Shown here: positions 28,650 through 40,497 of the stretch, piece after piece
How the letters are laid out: every line of letters starts with the position of its first letter
Numbering within the stretch: position 1 is the stretch's first letter
Assembly: GCF_026210795.1 (NCBI RefSeq)
Contig: NC_089429.1
Span: 7,750,001-7,814,000, forward strand
Direction: 5' to 3'
Source: Rhizophagus irregularis
Lineage: Eukaryota
Length of the DNA: 64,000 nucleotides
Made by a program: the position numbers and the translations under genes
The notes under the pieces: model-generated
Seen by the model: only the letters and a program-made list of their open reading frames with translations
Database searches by the model: none
What the model was told of the DNA's origin: nothing

Positions 28650-30700
28650 TAGAGGTGTGCTCCGGTGAAATCCGTTCAATCCGTCATCCGATCTGATAAA
28701 AAAACGGATCATCCGGATTAAGAATGAATGGATTGCGGATAATCTGGATGGATCCGTTGGATAACATCGGATTGATCGGATGTTACACGGATGACCGGAT
28801 TGACCGGATTGATCAGATAATCTGGTCAAATTCATAACTTTTTTTTTTTTTTTAACATAAATGTTTTTTTTTAAAAAAAAACACCTTTTTTTCTTTAGGA
28901 CGGACTTGGACTTGGACTTCGGAATGACTTGGACGGCTTGAATTTTGAAAAGTAAGTGTAAATTTCTTTTTCTTTTGTCTTGGGAATGTCACTAAACGTT
29001 CCTTTACTTCATTTCTTTAAGGGACGCCTGCCTGGAACTCAATTTCGGCTTGGGCTATAAAGGTAAGTTGGGGGAGAGTAATTTTGATTTTTTGTTTGTC
29101 TTTGGGAACGTCATTAACGTTCCTTTTGCTTTTTTTCTTTAGGGGACGCCCTCCCAGATTTGGATTTCATAAAGGTAAGTTGGGGAGGGTATTTTCAGGT
29201 TTTTTTTTGTCTTTGGGAACGTCATTAACGTTCCTTTTGCTTTTTTTCTTTAGGTGACGCCCTTCCTAGACCTGGATTTCAGTTTGGGCTATTAAAGTAA
29301 GTTGGGGAAATTAATTTTTGTTTTTTTTTTGTCTTTAGAAACATCATTAACATTCCTTTTGCTTTTTTTCTTTAGGTGACGCCCTTCCTAATCTGGATTT
29401 CAGCTTGGGCTATTAAAGTAAGTTGGGGATGTTATTTTTGAGTTTTTTTTTGTCTTTGGGAACGCAATTAATGTTCCTTTTGCTTCTTTTCTTTAGGTGA
29501 CGCCCTTCCTGGATCTGGATTTCAGCTTGGGCTATTAAAGTAAGTTGAGGGAGGGTGTTTTGCTTATTTTTTTTTTAGGAACGTCATTAACGTTCCTTTT
29601 GCTTCTTTTCTTTAGGTGACACCCTTCCTGGACCTGAATTTCGGCTTGGGCTATTAAAGTAAGTTGGGGAGGGTGTTTTATCTTTTTTTTTTGTCTTTAG
29701 GAACGTTATTAACGTTCCTTTTGCTTTTTTCCTTTAGGTGACGTCCTTCCTAACCTGGATTTCGGCTTGGACTATTAAAGTAAGTTGGGGAGATTATTTT
29801 TGAGTTTTTTTTTGTCTTTGGGAACGTAATTAACATTCTTTTTGCTTCTTTTCTTTAGATGACGCCCTTCCTGGACCTGGATTTCAGCTTGGGCTATTAA
29901 AGTAAGTTTGGGAAGTTAATTTTTATTTTTTTTTGTCTTTAGGAACGTCATTAACGTTCCTTTTGCTTCTTTTCTTTAGGAGACGCCCTCCCGGATTTGG
30001 ATTTTATAAAGGTAAGTTGGGGAGGTTATTTTTGAGTTTTTTTTGTCTTTGGGAACGTAATTAACGTTCCTTTTGCTTCTTTTCTTTAGGTGACGCCCTT
30101 CCTGGACCTGAATTTCGGCTTGGACTATTAAAGTAAGTTGGGGAAGGGTTTTTTATCTTTTTTTTTTGTCTTTAGGAACGTAACTAACGTTCCTTTTGCT
30201 TCTTTCTTTAGGAGGACGCCTCTTGGACCTGGATTTCGGCATGGGTTATAAAGGTAAGTTGGGGGAAAGGTATTTTTGTTTTTTTGTTTTTAGGAATGTA
30301 ATTAACGTTCCTTTTGCTTCTTTTTTTAGGGAGACACCTTCTTGGACCTCTAAATCTTAAACTTTTTATAAATATTGTGTCAACTAATTTGTTAAAAATC
30401 ATTTGTAATAACGTAAAAATAAATACTATGTTTATTATTATAAAATTTCTAATTGTTAATTAATATTAATAAAAAGTATTAAGTAGAAAAAACTGAATTC
30501 AGATTCACCAGATTCACCGGATTGATCGGATTATTCAGATATCCGGTCAACCATCCGGTCAAATTGGTGAGCAAGTATTGACCGGATATCCGATGATCTA
30601 TCCGGTCAATCCGATGAATCATCCAGATCAATCCGAATCCAGTCAAATTTTGGATGGATGACCGGATATCTGGATTGACCAGATTCGAAGCATACCTCTA
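28650..30700. mobile_element. hAT non-autonomous element carrying a tandem exon-intron-like array
   Basis: TIR TAGAGGTRTGCT; 8-bp TSD TATACAAT; ATCCG/CGGAT subterminal repeats. Confidence 0.85.
28950..30350 (+). repeat. About 12 copies of a ~110-122-bp tandem repeat
   Basis: Unit GTAAGTTGGG...CATTAACGTTCCTTTTGC...TTTAG GTGACGCCCTTCC...GGCTATTAAA. Confidence 0.9.
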
Positions 30701-33422
30701 TATACAATAACTTTCATGTCCAAAAAAAATATTTCATAAACTTGCACTATAGGTATACATATGTAGTTTTAGTAGAAACTGTACAAGTTTAACAAAGAAT
30801 GTGAATATTAAAAAGATTCAAATAAAACTAAATAAAGATTTAAAAACTAAATAAAAAACCAAATATAGCTTAGTTACAGTGAAAAATGTTCAAAATTTTT
30901 TCATCCAATATTTGAGTTAATAGGAAATTTACCATCGAAATTTTGCGTTCCTACATAGAAAAGTCAAAGACGCGAAACTCTAGCGATTTCAAACTTTGCA
31001 AGTGGCTTAGCTAGGATTGTCACTATTAATTACCATCTTTAAAATTTGTATATCATATCACATGATGATATGACAATCCAGTAAAAAAGGAGTATTAGCC
31101 ATTTTTAGCGATAATTTGTGTAAATCGGCATTATTAAAATTCTCCAGTTGAGTGGCAATTTGTCCTTTAATTTAAAAGAAATATTTACCAACTTAAAGTA
31201 TAATAACATTAAATAAAAGTTTTTTAATACTCACCCCCAATTTACTGTATTATATAGTATTTTGTATAATAAAAATGTAACAAAATCAATATTTTAATTA
31301 AAGGTAGACAAATCAGCCCATATGAATAAAGAAAAGAAATATTAGTAATATATACCTTTTTATGCATTTCTAGATATAATAAATAAAAAAAAAATATAAA
31401 AATATGTATTTCTGGATATATTAAATAGATAAAAAATTGTGTTTTTAAATAAAAAAAAATTGAGAACAAAGAAAAGGTTTTAATAAGATAAACAAAAATG
31501 CGAAATGTAAATATTTAAATTATGTGATCACATGACATGTTATTTTATAGCCTGAATACATTTATAATTAAATTTGGTAAAACTATGTCATAAAATAAAA
31601 ATTTTTCAATCCAAATGACCCTTTGATTAAAAAATTATCGAAAAAAAATCTTTCCAAATGAACCCTTAGAAAATTTCTCATCAAAAAAATATTGAAATGA
31701 TCCCTCTAGTTAAAAAATTTTTTAAGTTAAGATTACATGAAACTGCGCATTAATTTACGTTAGCACAGATTAACGCTAAATCACATGATTCTGCGAAGGC
31801 AACACAAAACAGTGCAATGAAAATTAGCATCGATCATTGCACAGATTTATTTACATCGCACAAAACATTGCATAACACAGTGTATAGTTTAACATTTATC
31901 GTAAAATATTTTTATTTAATTATTTTCTAGTTACACTCTATCTAGAAGAACAATTATTAATATATAAATTTTCGCCTATAAAATATTAATCTAAAATAAA
32001 GAAAATAATTAAATTTGTGATTAATAAATTAAATACTTTTATAATTAAAATACATAATTAATTAAGACATCTTACCAGCTAAAACAGTTTCATTGGTTTC
32101 TTCCAAATTATTCTCCAGATCTGATTCAGTAGTATTTTGTTCTTTACTATTATTATCGTTAATTTCTGCTTATCATATCATTATCCATTATATTATCATC
32201 TTCCAATGGACTTTTACATTTAAGCTAGTAGTATTTAAATAAATTAATAATAAAAAAAAAATAACAATTAAACAGATAATTTAAATAATTAGTTAATTAC
32301 CCATCTCTGTATGACTACATCAGAATCCCATTTGCCCATACATTCTTGAACTTTTGATGATGAGACTTTAGGTTGATCATATGTTGGATCCAAAAGCATT
32401 AATATAACTGTAATACTGAATTTTACATTATCCATAATTTGAAGCTCTTCTTTACTAAATGATCATTACAAAATAAACTCAATAAAGTATAGTGAATCTG
32501 GATCATTATCCATTTTATTCCATAAATTAAACCTTGCATTTTTAACTGTTTCTGATTCTTTCCAACGCCTAACTTATTCAGGATCAGTAAACTTATTAGG
32601 TTTACATGTAAATAGATTGAATATGGCATAAACAGTATCCTTAATTTTGCGAACATATGAACTCCTGTGATTACGAAAATATTTCAATACCTAAATAAAA
32701 ATGTTTTAAAAAATATTTTATAATAAAGCAAAAAAATAGGTACTATATACATAATAGAATAACTAGCATCCCATAATTTTGACCATTCATTTAAACTACT
32801 AAGTTCTCGCATCTTTTCAGGATAATCAGTTTGAATTTGTAATTTAAAGACACGTTGTAATCATGGATATTGGACTTAATGGAATAGATAAATAATATAT
32901 CGAATAGAGGATTACATGGTAGAAAGTCACATGATCGGATAAATAATACACTGGAAAGGATAAACGTTTAGGAGAAGAGATGATCTACATGATGTAATGT
33001 TTATTAAACGATTAACGAAAAACCAATAGATTAATCAGGGGGTCGATCAATGCGGCTTAGCAACCAGTTTATCAAGTCCATCAATAGGAATAATTAGGAG
33101 GAGTAATTATAAGCCACAAAAGATAGATTATAAGAATAACATATAAAATGGGAGCGAATTAAAATCGAATTTAATGAAAATACATAAAATATTGAAAAAC
33201 AAAAAGATAATATAAAAGATAATATAAAGGATAATATGAAAAGATGATACGAAAAGATAGCACAGCCACAAAAGATGGATTATTTCTTTACGATATAATA
33301 TTTGAAAGATTATGTTATTTTAAAGAAAAGATAGCACAGCCACAAAAGACAGGTTATAAATTATTTCTTTAAGATGTAATATTTGAAAGATAGAAAAGAT
33401 AACATATAAAATAGTATATAAA

Positions 33423-33903
33423 GTCGTCGGGCTGATAGTGTAGTCACTACGTTCCTCCACCTCGGCCAGGGCCTCGCAGTACCTACATCCCCCCTCCGTG
33501 GGGCGGGGAATCCCTATATATCTGAAACAATATGAAACAAGATCTGAAACATAACAATATAAGCAAAAAAGGATAAAATAAGGGAAAAGAGAGGAAAATA
33601 AGAGAGAATCAGAGAGGGTGTTTCGATGTTTCAGATGTTTCGGCAATTTTGGTAAAAGTCAGGCGAGGACAACCCTCCCAGAAAAAGTTTTGATTTTACC
33701 CCCCAGATCTGAAACTTCTGAAACATCTGAAACTGATTCAGGATTCCGTTCGTTTTCTTATTGGAGGCAGTGAGATAGCAAATCGAGTAAACAGATAGGT
33801 TAATAACCCCTAGAAGGACTGTAGAACCACAGGAGGGTAACCGGGTAGGAGCACGGATCCTTGGAAAAAATATATTCGGCAATTGAAGATTAGGTAACTA
33901 TAA
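33423..33903 (+). repeat. Left terminal inverted repeat
   Basis: Reverse complement of 52673-53154 with only a few differences; starts GTCGTCGGGCTG. Confidence 0.95.
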
Positions 33904-33931
33904 ATTAGTACTCGATTTGATAGAACAAAAA

Positions 33932-36475
33932 ATGACCACTCAAGCTCAAGTTATCCCCAAGTTCGGTGAACAAACGAAAGCCTTCAGTATCGATGAGCTT
34001 AAACGGTTTATTGTCGCTGCAAAGAGTATGAATGATCTCGATCAAGCCAAGAGGTATCTTTGCAGTTATTTCATTCTCTGTGCAGATCCTCATGGGGTTT
34101 TCTGGTGGGACCCGGATAGTAAAAGTTTGAAACACGTTATTGACAAAAATATTGGTAAACTTATCCGTCCAATCACGAAGACATTCTACACACAACCTGA
34201 ACAAGGACCCTCTCAAAAGACCGAGTTCAACATCTACAAGTGGTTTATGGTCGAGAATACCGATGTATGTAATGCAACCTGTGATCCCCATAAACAGCGA
34301 ATCTTCAGATCCTTAACCGGCCAACTCTATCTAAATATCTTCCCGGGATTCCTCCACGTCTTACGTCCGATATCTACCTTTGAGTCTACAATTCACCTCG
34401 CGGTTAAATTTATCTTCTCTCGCATTCAGGATATCTGGTGTTCGGGTGATTGGAATCTCACTGAGTATATCATCAAGTGGTTAGCCGGTGTATCTGCTGG
34501 AAGGAAGATGTACTCGATCCTTTACCTGAAATCTGGACAGGGTTGGGGCAAAGGTATTATAACAGATTTCATTCAGCGCAGCGTCCTAGGCACTCAACTC
34601 GTTTATAAGACCAGCGATCCTCAAACGATTCTTGGAAGTTTCAATGGGCAATTACAGGGTAAGGTTCTTCTTCTCCTCGAGGAAATGCCCACGGAAAAAA
34701 GCCAGTGGAATAATCTGTATCGCTCTTTAAAGGATAAGGTAACGAGTGACATAATAGAAATCCATGAAAAATACAAGACGCCAACACATTACAAAAACTT
34801 TATGTCAACTATCGTCCTAACCAACGAAAATGCTCTCAGAGTGGAGAACGATGATAGGCGCACAGTGTTCTTGGATGTGTCACCATCCCGTAAGGGAGAC
34901 CTCAACTACTTCAAAAAACTCGGTGACGCTATGAAATACCCAGGCGCCAGTGAGGCGTTCTATGCTTATTTGAGACCCATCGGGCGTGATGCTTACCCGG
35001 ACTTCAATGGAAATCCGCCACCTATGACAACATCCAAACAGGAACATATCATCTCGACTCTTCCACCGCTATTCCAATTTATAAAGGACACTTACCTCGT
35101 AGTGAAAAATTATATGACCGACCTACCTGTTCAAGAATTTTATAGGGTATATACTTCATATTGCGAAACTCATTGCATTTCACCCCTATCAAAGATAAAC
35201 GCTTCTAGAATTCTATCAAATGAGTTGGGTATAAATAGCAAAGTAGTACGCAAGGGTGGAAAAACACCACGGGTTTACAGCATATCCAGGGAGGACCTCT
35301 ACAAGAAGTTCTTCGGCAAAAACTGGATCCACGAAACAGAAGAGATAGACATAGAAGGAATCGATATAGAGACTTCTAAAAAACCTGCATCAGACCCCAA
35401 AGCCTTGGAGAAGTTCTTGGCAAATATATATAATCCAGCCAACAATCCACAAGACGTACAAGAGAAACCCGCTGAGGAAAAACCTGCTGAGAAAAAACCC
35501 GAACCCGCTGAGGAAAAACCCGCTGAGGAAAAACCCGCACCTGTAATTCGCAAGACTCCTCCACCGCTTCCACCCAAGCCTGACCACTTAAAAGAACGTC
35601 CACAAGAGTTAAGGGAAGAACAACCGGATCCCGATGAAGATACTAGTGAGTCAAACACCGATGAACCTATAGATAACTTCTCAGACTGTTATCTATCTGA
35701 CGAGGAATCTGCTGAGGTTCTAGTTCCTGAAAAACCGTCTACCCCCGAGCCAGATAACTATGACATCTTAGACGACTTATTATCAGACTCGGATTCTACA
35801 ACCATGGACCCAACTCCTGAACAACAATCCGAGTCTCCCGCAGAATCTTCTGCATCTGTCACTAAGCCTGACCCAGAACCGGCTCCTGAAGAGCAATTTA
35901 TCCCAGAACCCGACACAGAACCAGAAGTTGACCGGGATCCTGAACCAAAGGAAGGCACTCGAGCGCATTGGGCTTGGCATGAAAGACACCGATGGGATCG
36001 CAAACCGTGGGTTAAAAATTCAAAAGACCAGGCCTTCGATGATCTCTACAATACAAGTAAGGAATTATGGGCCAAGTACCAAGACGCGTCAGACGAATAT
36101 GACTGGGAAATACTCGCGTTTAAAATAGAGGAATGTCCCACAATGCGTATTGAGGACGAGTACCAGTACTACCTTATGGAGGTAGTAGACCGCTTCAAGG
36201 ACTGGATCGAATATAATGGATACTTACCTAAAATACCTAGCCGTAAAGAACTCGCAGATTTAATAAGAATATACAAGGATAATCGTGATGCTGAGATTAT
36301 TCCCACCCCCTCTGGTTATGAAACTATGAGGGCAGATAAGGGTAAAGCGCGAGAGATCCCCGAGGAACGTCCAAAAACTGATATGGAACGTGAATGGGAA
36401 GCCGCCAATGGACTCATCGATGACTGGGATGAAGAGGGTCTTGATCGTGTATGCAGCAAGATTGACTCCTTTTAA
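33932..36475 (+). CDS. SF3/D5-like (DUF5906-type) helicase with winged-helix domain and long Pro/Glu-rich C-terminus
   Basis: Walker A SGQGWGKG, Walker B LLLLEE, motif C VLTN and DDRR finger, followed by a wHTH-like segment and EEKPA repeats. Confidence 0.85.
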   Translation: MTTQAQVIPKFGEQTKAFSIDELKRFIVAAKSMNDLDQAKRYLCSYFILCADPHGVFWWDPDSKSLKHVIDKNIGKLIRPITKTFYTQPEQGPSQKTEFNIYKWFMVENTDVCNATCDPHKQRIFRSLTGQLYLNIFPGFLHVLRPISTFESTIHLAVKFIFSRIQDIWCSGDWNLTEYIIKWLAGVSAGRKMYSILYLKSGQGWGKGIITDFIQRSVLGTQLVYKTSDPQTILGSFNGQLQGKVLLLLEEMPTEKSQWNNLYRSLKDKVTSDIIEIHEKYKTPTHYKNFMSTIVLTNENALRVENDDRRTVFLDVSPSRKGDLNYFKKLGDAMKYPGASEAFYAYLRPIGRDAYPDFNGNPPPMTTSKQEHIISTLPPLFQFIKDTYLVVKNYMTDLPVQEFYRVYTSYCETHCISPLSKINASRILSNELGINSKVVRKGGKTPRVYSISREDLYKKFFGKNWIHETEEIDIEGIDIETSKKPASDPKALEKFLANIYNPANNPQDVQEKPAEEKPAEKKPEPAEEKPAEEKPAPVIRKTPPPLPPKPDHLKERPQELREEQPDPDEDTSESNTDEPIDNFSDCYLSDEESAEVLVPEKPSTPEPDNYDILDDLLSDSDSTTMDPTPEQQSESPAESSASVTKPDPEPAPEEQFIPEPDTEPEVDRDPEPKEGTRAHWAWHERHRWDRKPWVKNSKDQAFDDLYNTSKELWAKYQDASDEYDWEILAFKIEECPTMRIEDEYQYYLMEVVDRFKDWIEYNGYLPKIPSRKELADLIRIYKDNRDAEIIPTPSGYETMRADKGKAREIPEERPKTDMEREWEAANGLIDDWDEEGLDRVCSKIDSF

Positions 36476-36558
36476 TAAGATAAGCACTTCTTAGTTATCT
36501 TATATTTTTTGTATAAAAAACCTATATTACAACTGAACACAATTCATAAATACATCAA

Positions 36559-38412
36559 ATGGTTTATTCAGAGATTGTCCGTGCTTTACCTACAAGACCG
36601 GATATCAAAGAATTACAGTATTCAGGCGCAAGATTTTCCAGAGGAGCAATAGCAAAACTTGGACAGCGACTCCAATCCCGGTATCCAACACATAAGTTCC
36701 AGATCCTACTTCCCTATGAAAACTGGAAACCCGGTGGATGGACATCAGGAAACTAACCAGCCAGCCTCTTTTCACTATTAGACCACTACGACGAAGCACA
36801 ACTACCGGATGACGCAGACCCTGATTATTTTGAACGATTCATAATTTATGTGAGAGATGCCCCACCGGTTGCAGGGGGTTGCAACGGGGAGCTAAATGAT
36901 TGCCTGTATGAATGCCTGAAATATATCTACGGCACATTCTCTAAAATGCCAAAGTCAATCGAAAAGCCCGAGTATATCAAAAAGGCATTAGGTCTCAATC
37001 GTGATGCTTCCATCCCAGTTTCATGCATGGACAAGGTTGAACAACTCGCAGGAAGTCTCGCAATTAATATTGTGGGGGACATTACCCGAATCTCTAAGAG
37101 TAAGTCCGATAGACGTGCGACTCTCATCCTGTCAGAAGGCCATTACTCCCTCGCGTTAAATCCCGGAAGACTCCACTCCAGTAAATTAGATAAAAAGCGT
37201 AATTTACCCATTGTATACCATGAAGATGGGACCAATAATGTAGTCACAATATACAACGGCAAAACGGTTAAGTCTTGCACAATTGCGCAGTTTCAAAAAA
37301 CTAAGAATTCCAAAAGTTCTTTCATCCCCGTCGAGAAAAACCGTAAGACTGGAGTATATGAAACTCTTGAAGAAGCATATCAGAGAATCCACGAGGAGCG
37401 GAATTCCTTTCTACAGGAGACAAAGAAGTTCGGTTTAGGAATCGACTTATCATACCATAACTGGTCTTACAAAAGAACGGCTCTCTGGTTATTCGAACGA
37501 TTAAGTGTAGGGATTCCAGCCAATGATCCTCTTGACCCGATAGAAGCAGAGTGGTTAAGTGATGCAATGATGGGAGGATTAATCTGGGCAGATAACGAGT
37601 GGAAGGGCTATGGAAGACAGTACGATGCAACAAGTTTATACCCGAGTATTCAACAATCGAATGCAAACTTTCCAATCAGACGGGGTAAATTCCAGACACT
37701 TAATAACTTTGTTGACCACAGGGGTTATACCTTGTATGGATTATTCCGTGCCAAGGTAAGTGGGAATAATATTCTCTTCCGACAGAATAAAAGGGGAATC
37801 TATACATTCATCGACTTACAACGAGCAAAAAAACTTGGTCTCAATATACAGTTAATACAGGATGGGAAGCCAAATGCATTGATATATGATAGAGAAGCGA
37901 GAATCCCTGGAACTGTAATATTCGGTGAGTATGTACACTTCCTCTTCAAAATTAAAAACCAGGGTGGCGTAGCTGGCCGCATGGCAAAGCGAGTCCTCAA
38001 CACATTATGGGGAGCATTATGCCAGAGGAAGCGTAATTACAAGACACTCACCGCAGATCAAACAGACCCGTTTACATTTCCAGAGGGCCATACACTCGAC
38101 TCTATCATACCAGTAGGATCTGACCAGTGGCGATTCCAGTTCACAAACCCGGGTAATCCCTTCAAAGGTGAGTATCCCAGGATCGCCCCATTCTTATTAG
38201 CACGTGGTCGCAAAATCACATCTGAGGCAATTCAACCATACAAGAATAAAGTACGACGTATCCATACGGATGGATTTATTTTAGAAGAGCAGCCAGATAG
38301 CCCCGCGCTTTTCACTTGTTCAGAGAATGCAGATACGACTCTAAAGACTTTCAAGTTTGAAACCGCGGGATACTGCCATGTGAAAAATGCGAACAAGGTT
38401 ATCTGGACATGA
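36559..38412 (+). pseudogene. Compact family B DNA polymerase (protein-primed type) with one in-frame TAA at 36754
   Basis: Motif A YDATSLYPS, motif B KRVLNTLWG, motif C IHTDG. The 36559 and 36850 ORFs are in the same frame. Confidence 0.85.
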
Positions 38413-38475
38413 TTGCTAAGAACTGGTAGGTTTATTTTTTACTGACATATCGTGATGGCATAATTGAATAAACCT

Positions 38476-38967
38476 ATGGGATATGTAATCTTACGAGATA
38501 CCCAAATGCAAAACACCGACGGATTAGGTAGACAAGACGACGAAAGTTTCCACGCGTGGGCTAAGCGCATTCAGAATGCTGTGCAATATTATGAGACTTG
38601 TAGTAGAATAGGTTTTCATAGGCGGCTACCTTATCCAAGGTCTCGTCAAGCTGTATATGCTTATATTGTGCACATTAGGAGAATAGTATCACGACTACCA
38701 AATAGGTGGTACTGTACCTACTGTAAATCTTTTATTGATCGCGGATGGGGAGCCGATGCTTCCATGGATCAAGCGGTACGACTACATTTATATAGTTGCC
38801 CAAAGCATTTTAATTTCGACTATTATACTCATCATGCTGAAATGATCCAGAAAGCCTTTAGGAGATATATAGAAAGAAGGAACAATAAAGCGGCTAGGAT
38901 TATCCAGAAAGTCGCTATCCCCTGGTTATATAGACCAGGCTCTCCATTGATACAAAAGGCCGAGTGA
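38476..38967 (+). CDS. Hypothetical protein with Zn-finger-like CxxC...H..C and IQ-like motifs
   Basis: YCTYCKSF...HLYSC; AEMIQKAFRRY; AARIIQK. Confidence 0.6.
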   Translation: MGYVILRDTQMQNTDGLGRQDDESFHAWAKRIQNAVQYYETCSRIGFHRRLPYPRSRQAVYAYIVHIRRIVSRLPNRWYCTYCKSFIDRGWGADASMDQAVRLHLYSCPKHFNFDYYTHHAEMIQKAFRRYIERRNNKAARIIQKVAIPWLYRPGSPLIQKAE

Positions 38968-39082
38968 CACTTCTACTGCCTCGCAGTATCCCAAGTGTAA
39001 ACCCCGAGGTTTATATTTATTTTTTCTCATTCGAATGAACAGGTAACTGAAGATTTATATTTTTTACAAAGTACAAAGAATC

Positions 39083-39555
39083 ATGTCAACATATACCGAA
39101 TTCACAAGCATTGTTAACAGCACTGACAGCACTAATGAGGAGGTTATTTACGAGGCATCGCGCATACAGCCTAGTGTTATCTCTGACGAAACTGTCCCCA
39201 AGATTATCCGCGCATTAAAAGATACTATAGTAGTCGCATTAGTATCTGGGTTTAGCAAAACCAGTTACCTCGTCCAGGACCACGTGAAGTATATCAAGCG
39301 AATCCAAATGGCAAATTCTCCTGTATCATATGTGAAGTTCGTGGCCAGAAAACTCTTCCCAGATAATGCGGCATATACTGCTAAAATAGCAAAAATCCGC
39401 GAATCATACAAGAATAAACAAGCTCTCCTAGATAAGCTTCGGAGGCCCTCTTCGAATTGTATTATAATGCGACTAAGGACTCATCAACCGGTCCTCCAAA
39501 GCGAGCTATTACTAAAAACGAGGCTGAGAAAACCTTAACAGAACTTCTTGCATAA
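39083..39555 (+). CDS. Hypothetical helical protein, probable frameshift near 39440
   Basis: ATG follows the shared upstream motif; an alternative frame gives ...LFELYYNATKD...TLTELLA* ending at 39555. Confidence 0.55.
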
Positions 39556-39664
39556 GCGGCTCCTGTGGTCCTACGATTCTGTACGAATTTAGTCTATATT
39601 TTTTATCCATGTGTAATAGGCATACAGTAATTGAAGATAGCTATAGTATAAGTAACATAACATC

Positions 39665-40070
39665 ATGTTGGACCGATTACCAGTAGAAATAGTCGAACGC
39701 ATTGTCGCAAAGATCCCGGATACTGACCTTATTGCAGCGAGTAAGGTAGATAGAGTGTGGTGGCAGGAAGTTCGTCGAGAGGCATATAAGAGGTGGAAAA
39801 ATTATGCCACTTACGATCGGGGATGTGTACTGTGAAATCCGAGCTCTCGGAAAGCATTATATAAAGAGGGAAATTGACTGGATAACGTTTGAAGATGTAA
39901 ACGACCTCTATAAAAGATGGATAAACCGCCTCACCGAGGATCAGCTTTATATTATGGAGAAAATGCTTAGGAATGGGATGGTCGTGGACCCCCAAGAGAG
40001 GGAAACCATAGAGCATGCATTAAGTGAACAAAGATGGGGAGGCGATCCTTGGAGACTGGGAGTGGTATGA
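39665..40070 (+). pseudogene. F-box protein with a 1-nt frameshift near 39811
   Basis: N-terminus MLDRLPVEIVERIVAKIPDTDLIAASKVDRVW fits the F-box consensus and continues in the 39804-40070 frame. Not present in the ORF track. Confidence 0.75.
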
Positions 40071-40497
40071 ATGGACTCAACAGGAGTAAGCATTTTGTAC
40101 TTGACTTTCGTAGGAATTACCCTGCAGAGTCATATTTTTTAGATCCGGCCGGCATTACCGCGTAATCCCGAATTACCGAAAAAGGAAATTTATGTTACAC
40201 AAGATTCCAAACGCATTTTTACCAAAATCGATTTTTTGTGGAACGGGTATCGCCCAAAAAGGAAATGATCTACGTACCACATGAAGTCACGTGACACTCT
40301 ACACATTTGTTCAGGGTATCACGTGACATGAACTCCGTTCACATTTTCTGTAATATAATCCATAGTTTTTCCATGAATGCTTTTTAGGCCAATAATCCAA
40401 TAACTTATTCATCAGGTATCCTCGTGTTTTGCGACAAGGACTGATGACCATGTAACCTCATCATCAGGCATCCTCGCATTTTTTGACAAGGACTGAT

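Larger units (their letters stand above)
27719..31325. mobile_element. Putative TIR element
   Basis: 22-bp perfect inverted repeat TCATATGGGCTGATTTGTCTAC. A third, degenerate copy at ~23720 makes the pairing ambiguous. Confidence 0.5.

Noticed and set aside
28950..30350. CRISPR-like array
   Set aside because: The units are wholly homologous with no unique spacers, there are no cas genes, and the context is eukaryotic.
33406..33422. A longer 14-17-bp TSD for the Maverick
   Set aside because: The similarity comes from the tandem low-complexity tract of the target. The exact adjacent duplication is ATAAA.
33320..33882. ORFs duplicated at 33320-33882 and 52694-53158
   Set aside because: They are translations of the TIRs with non-ATG starts and low complexity; there is no sign they are genes.
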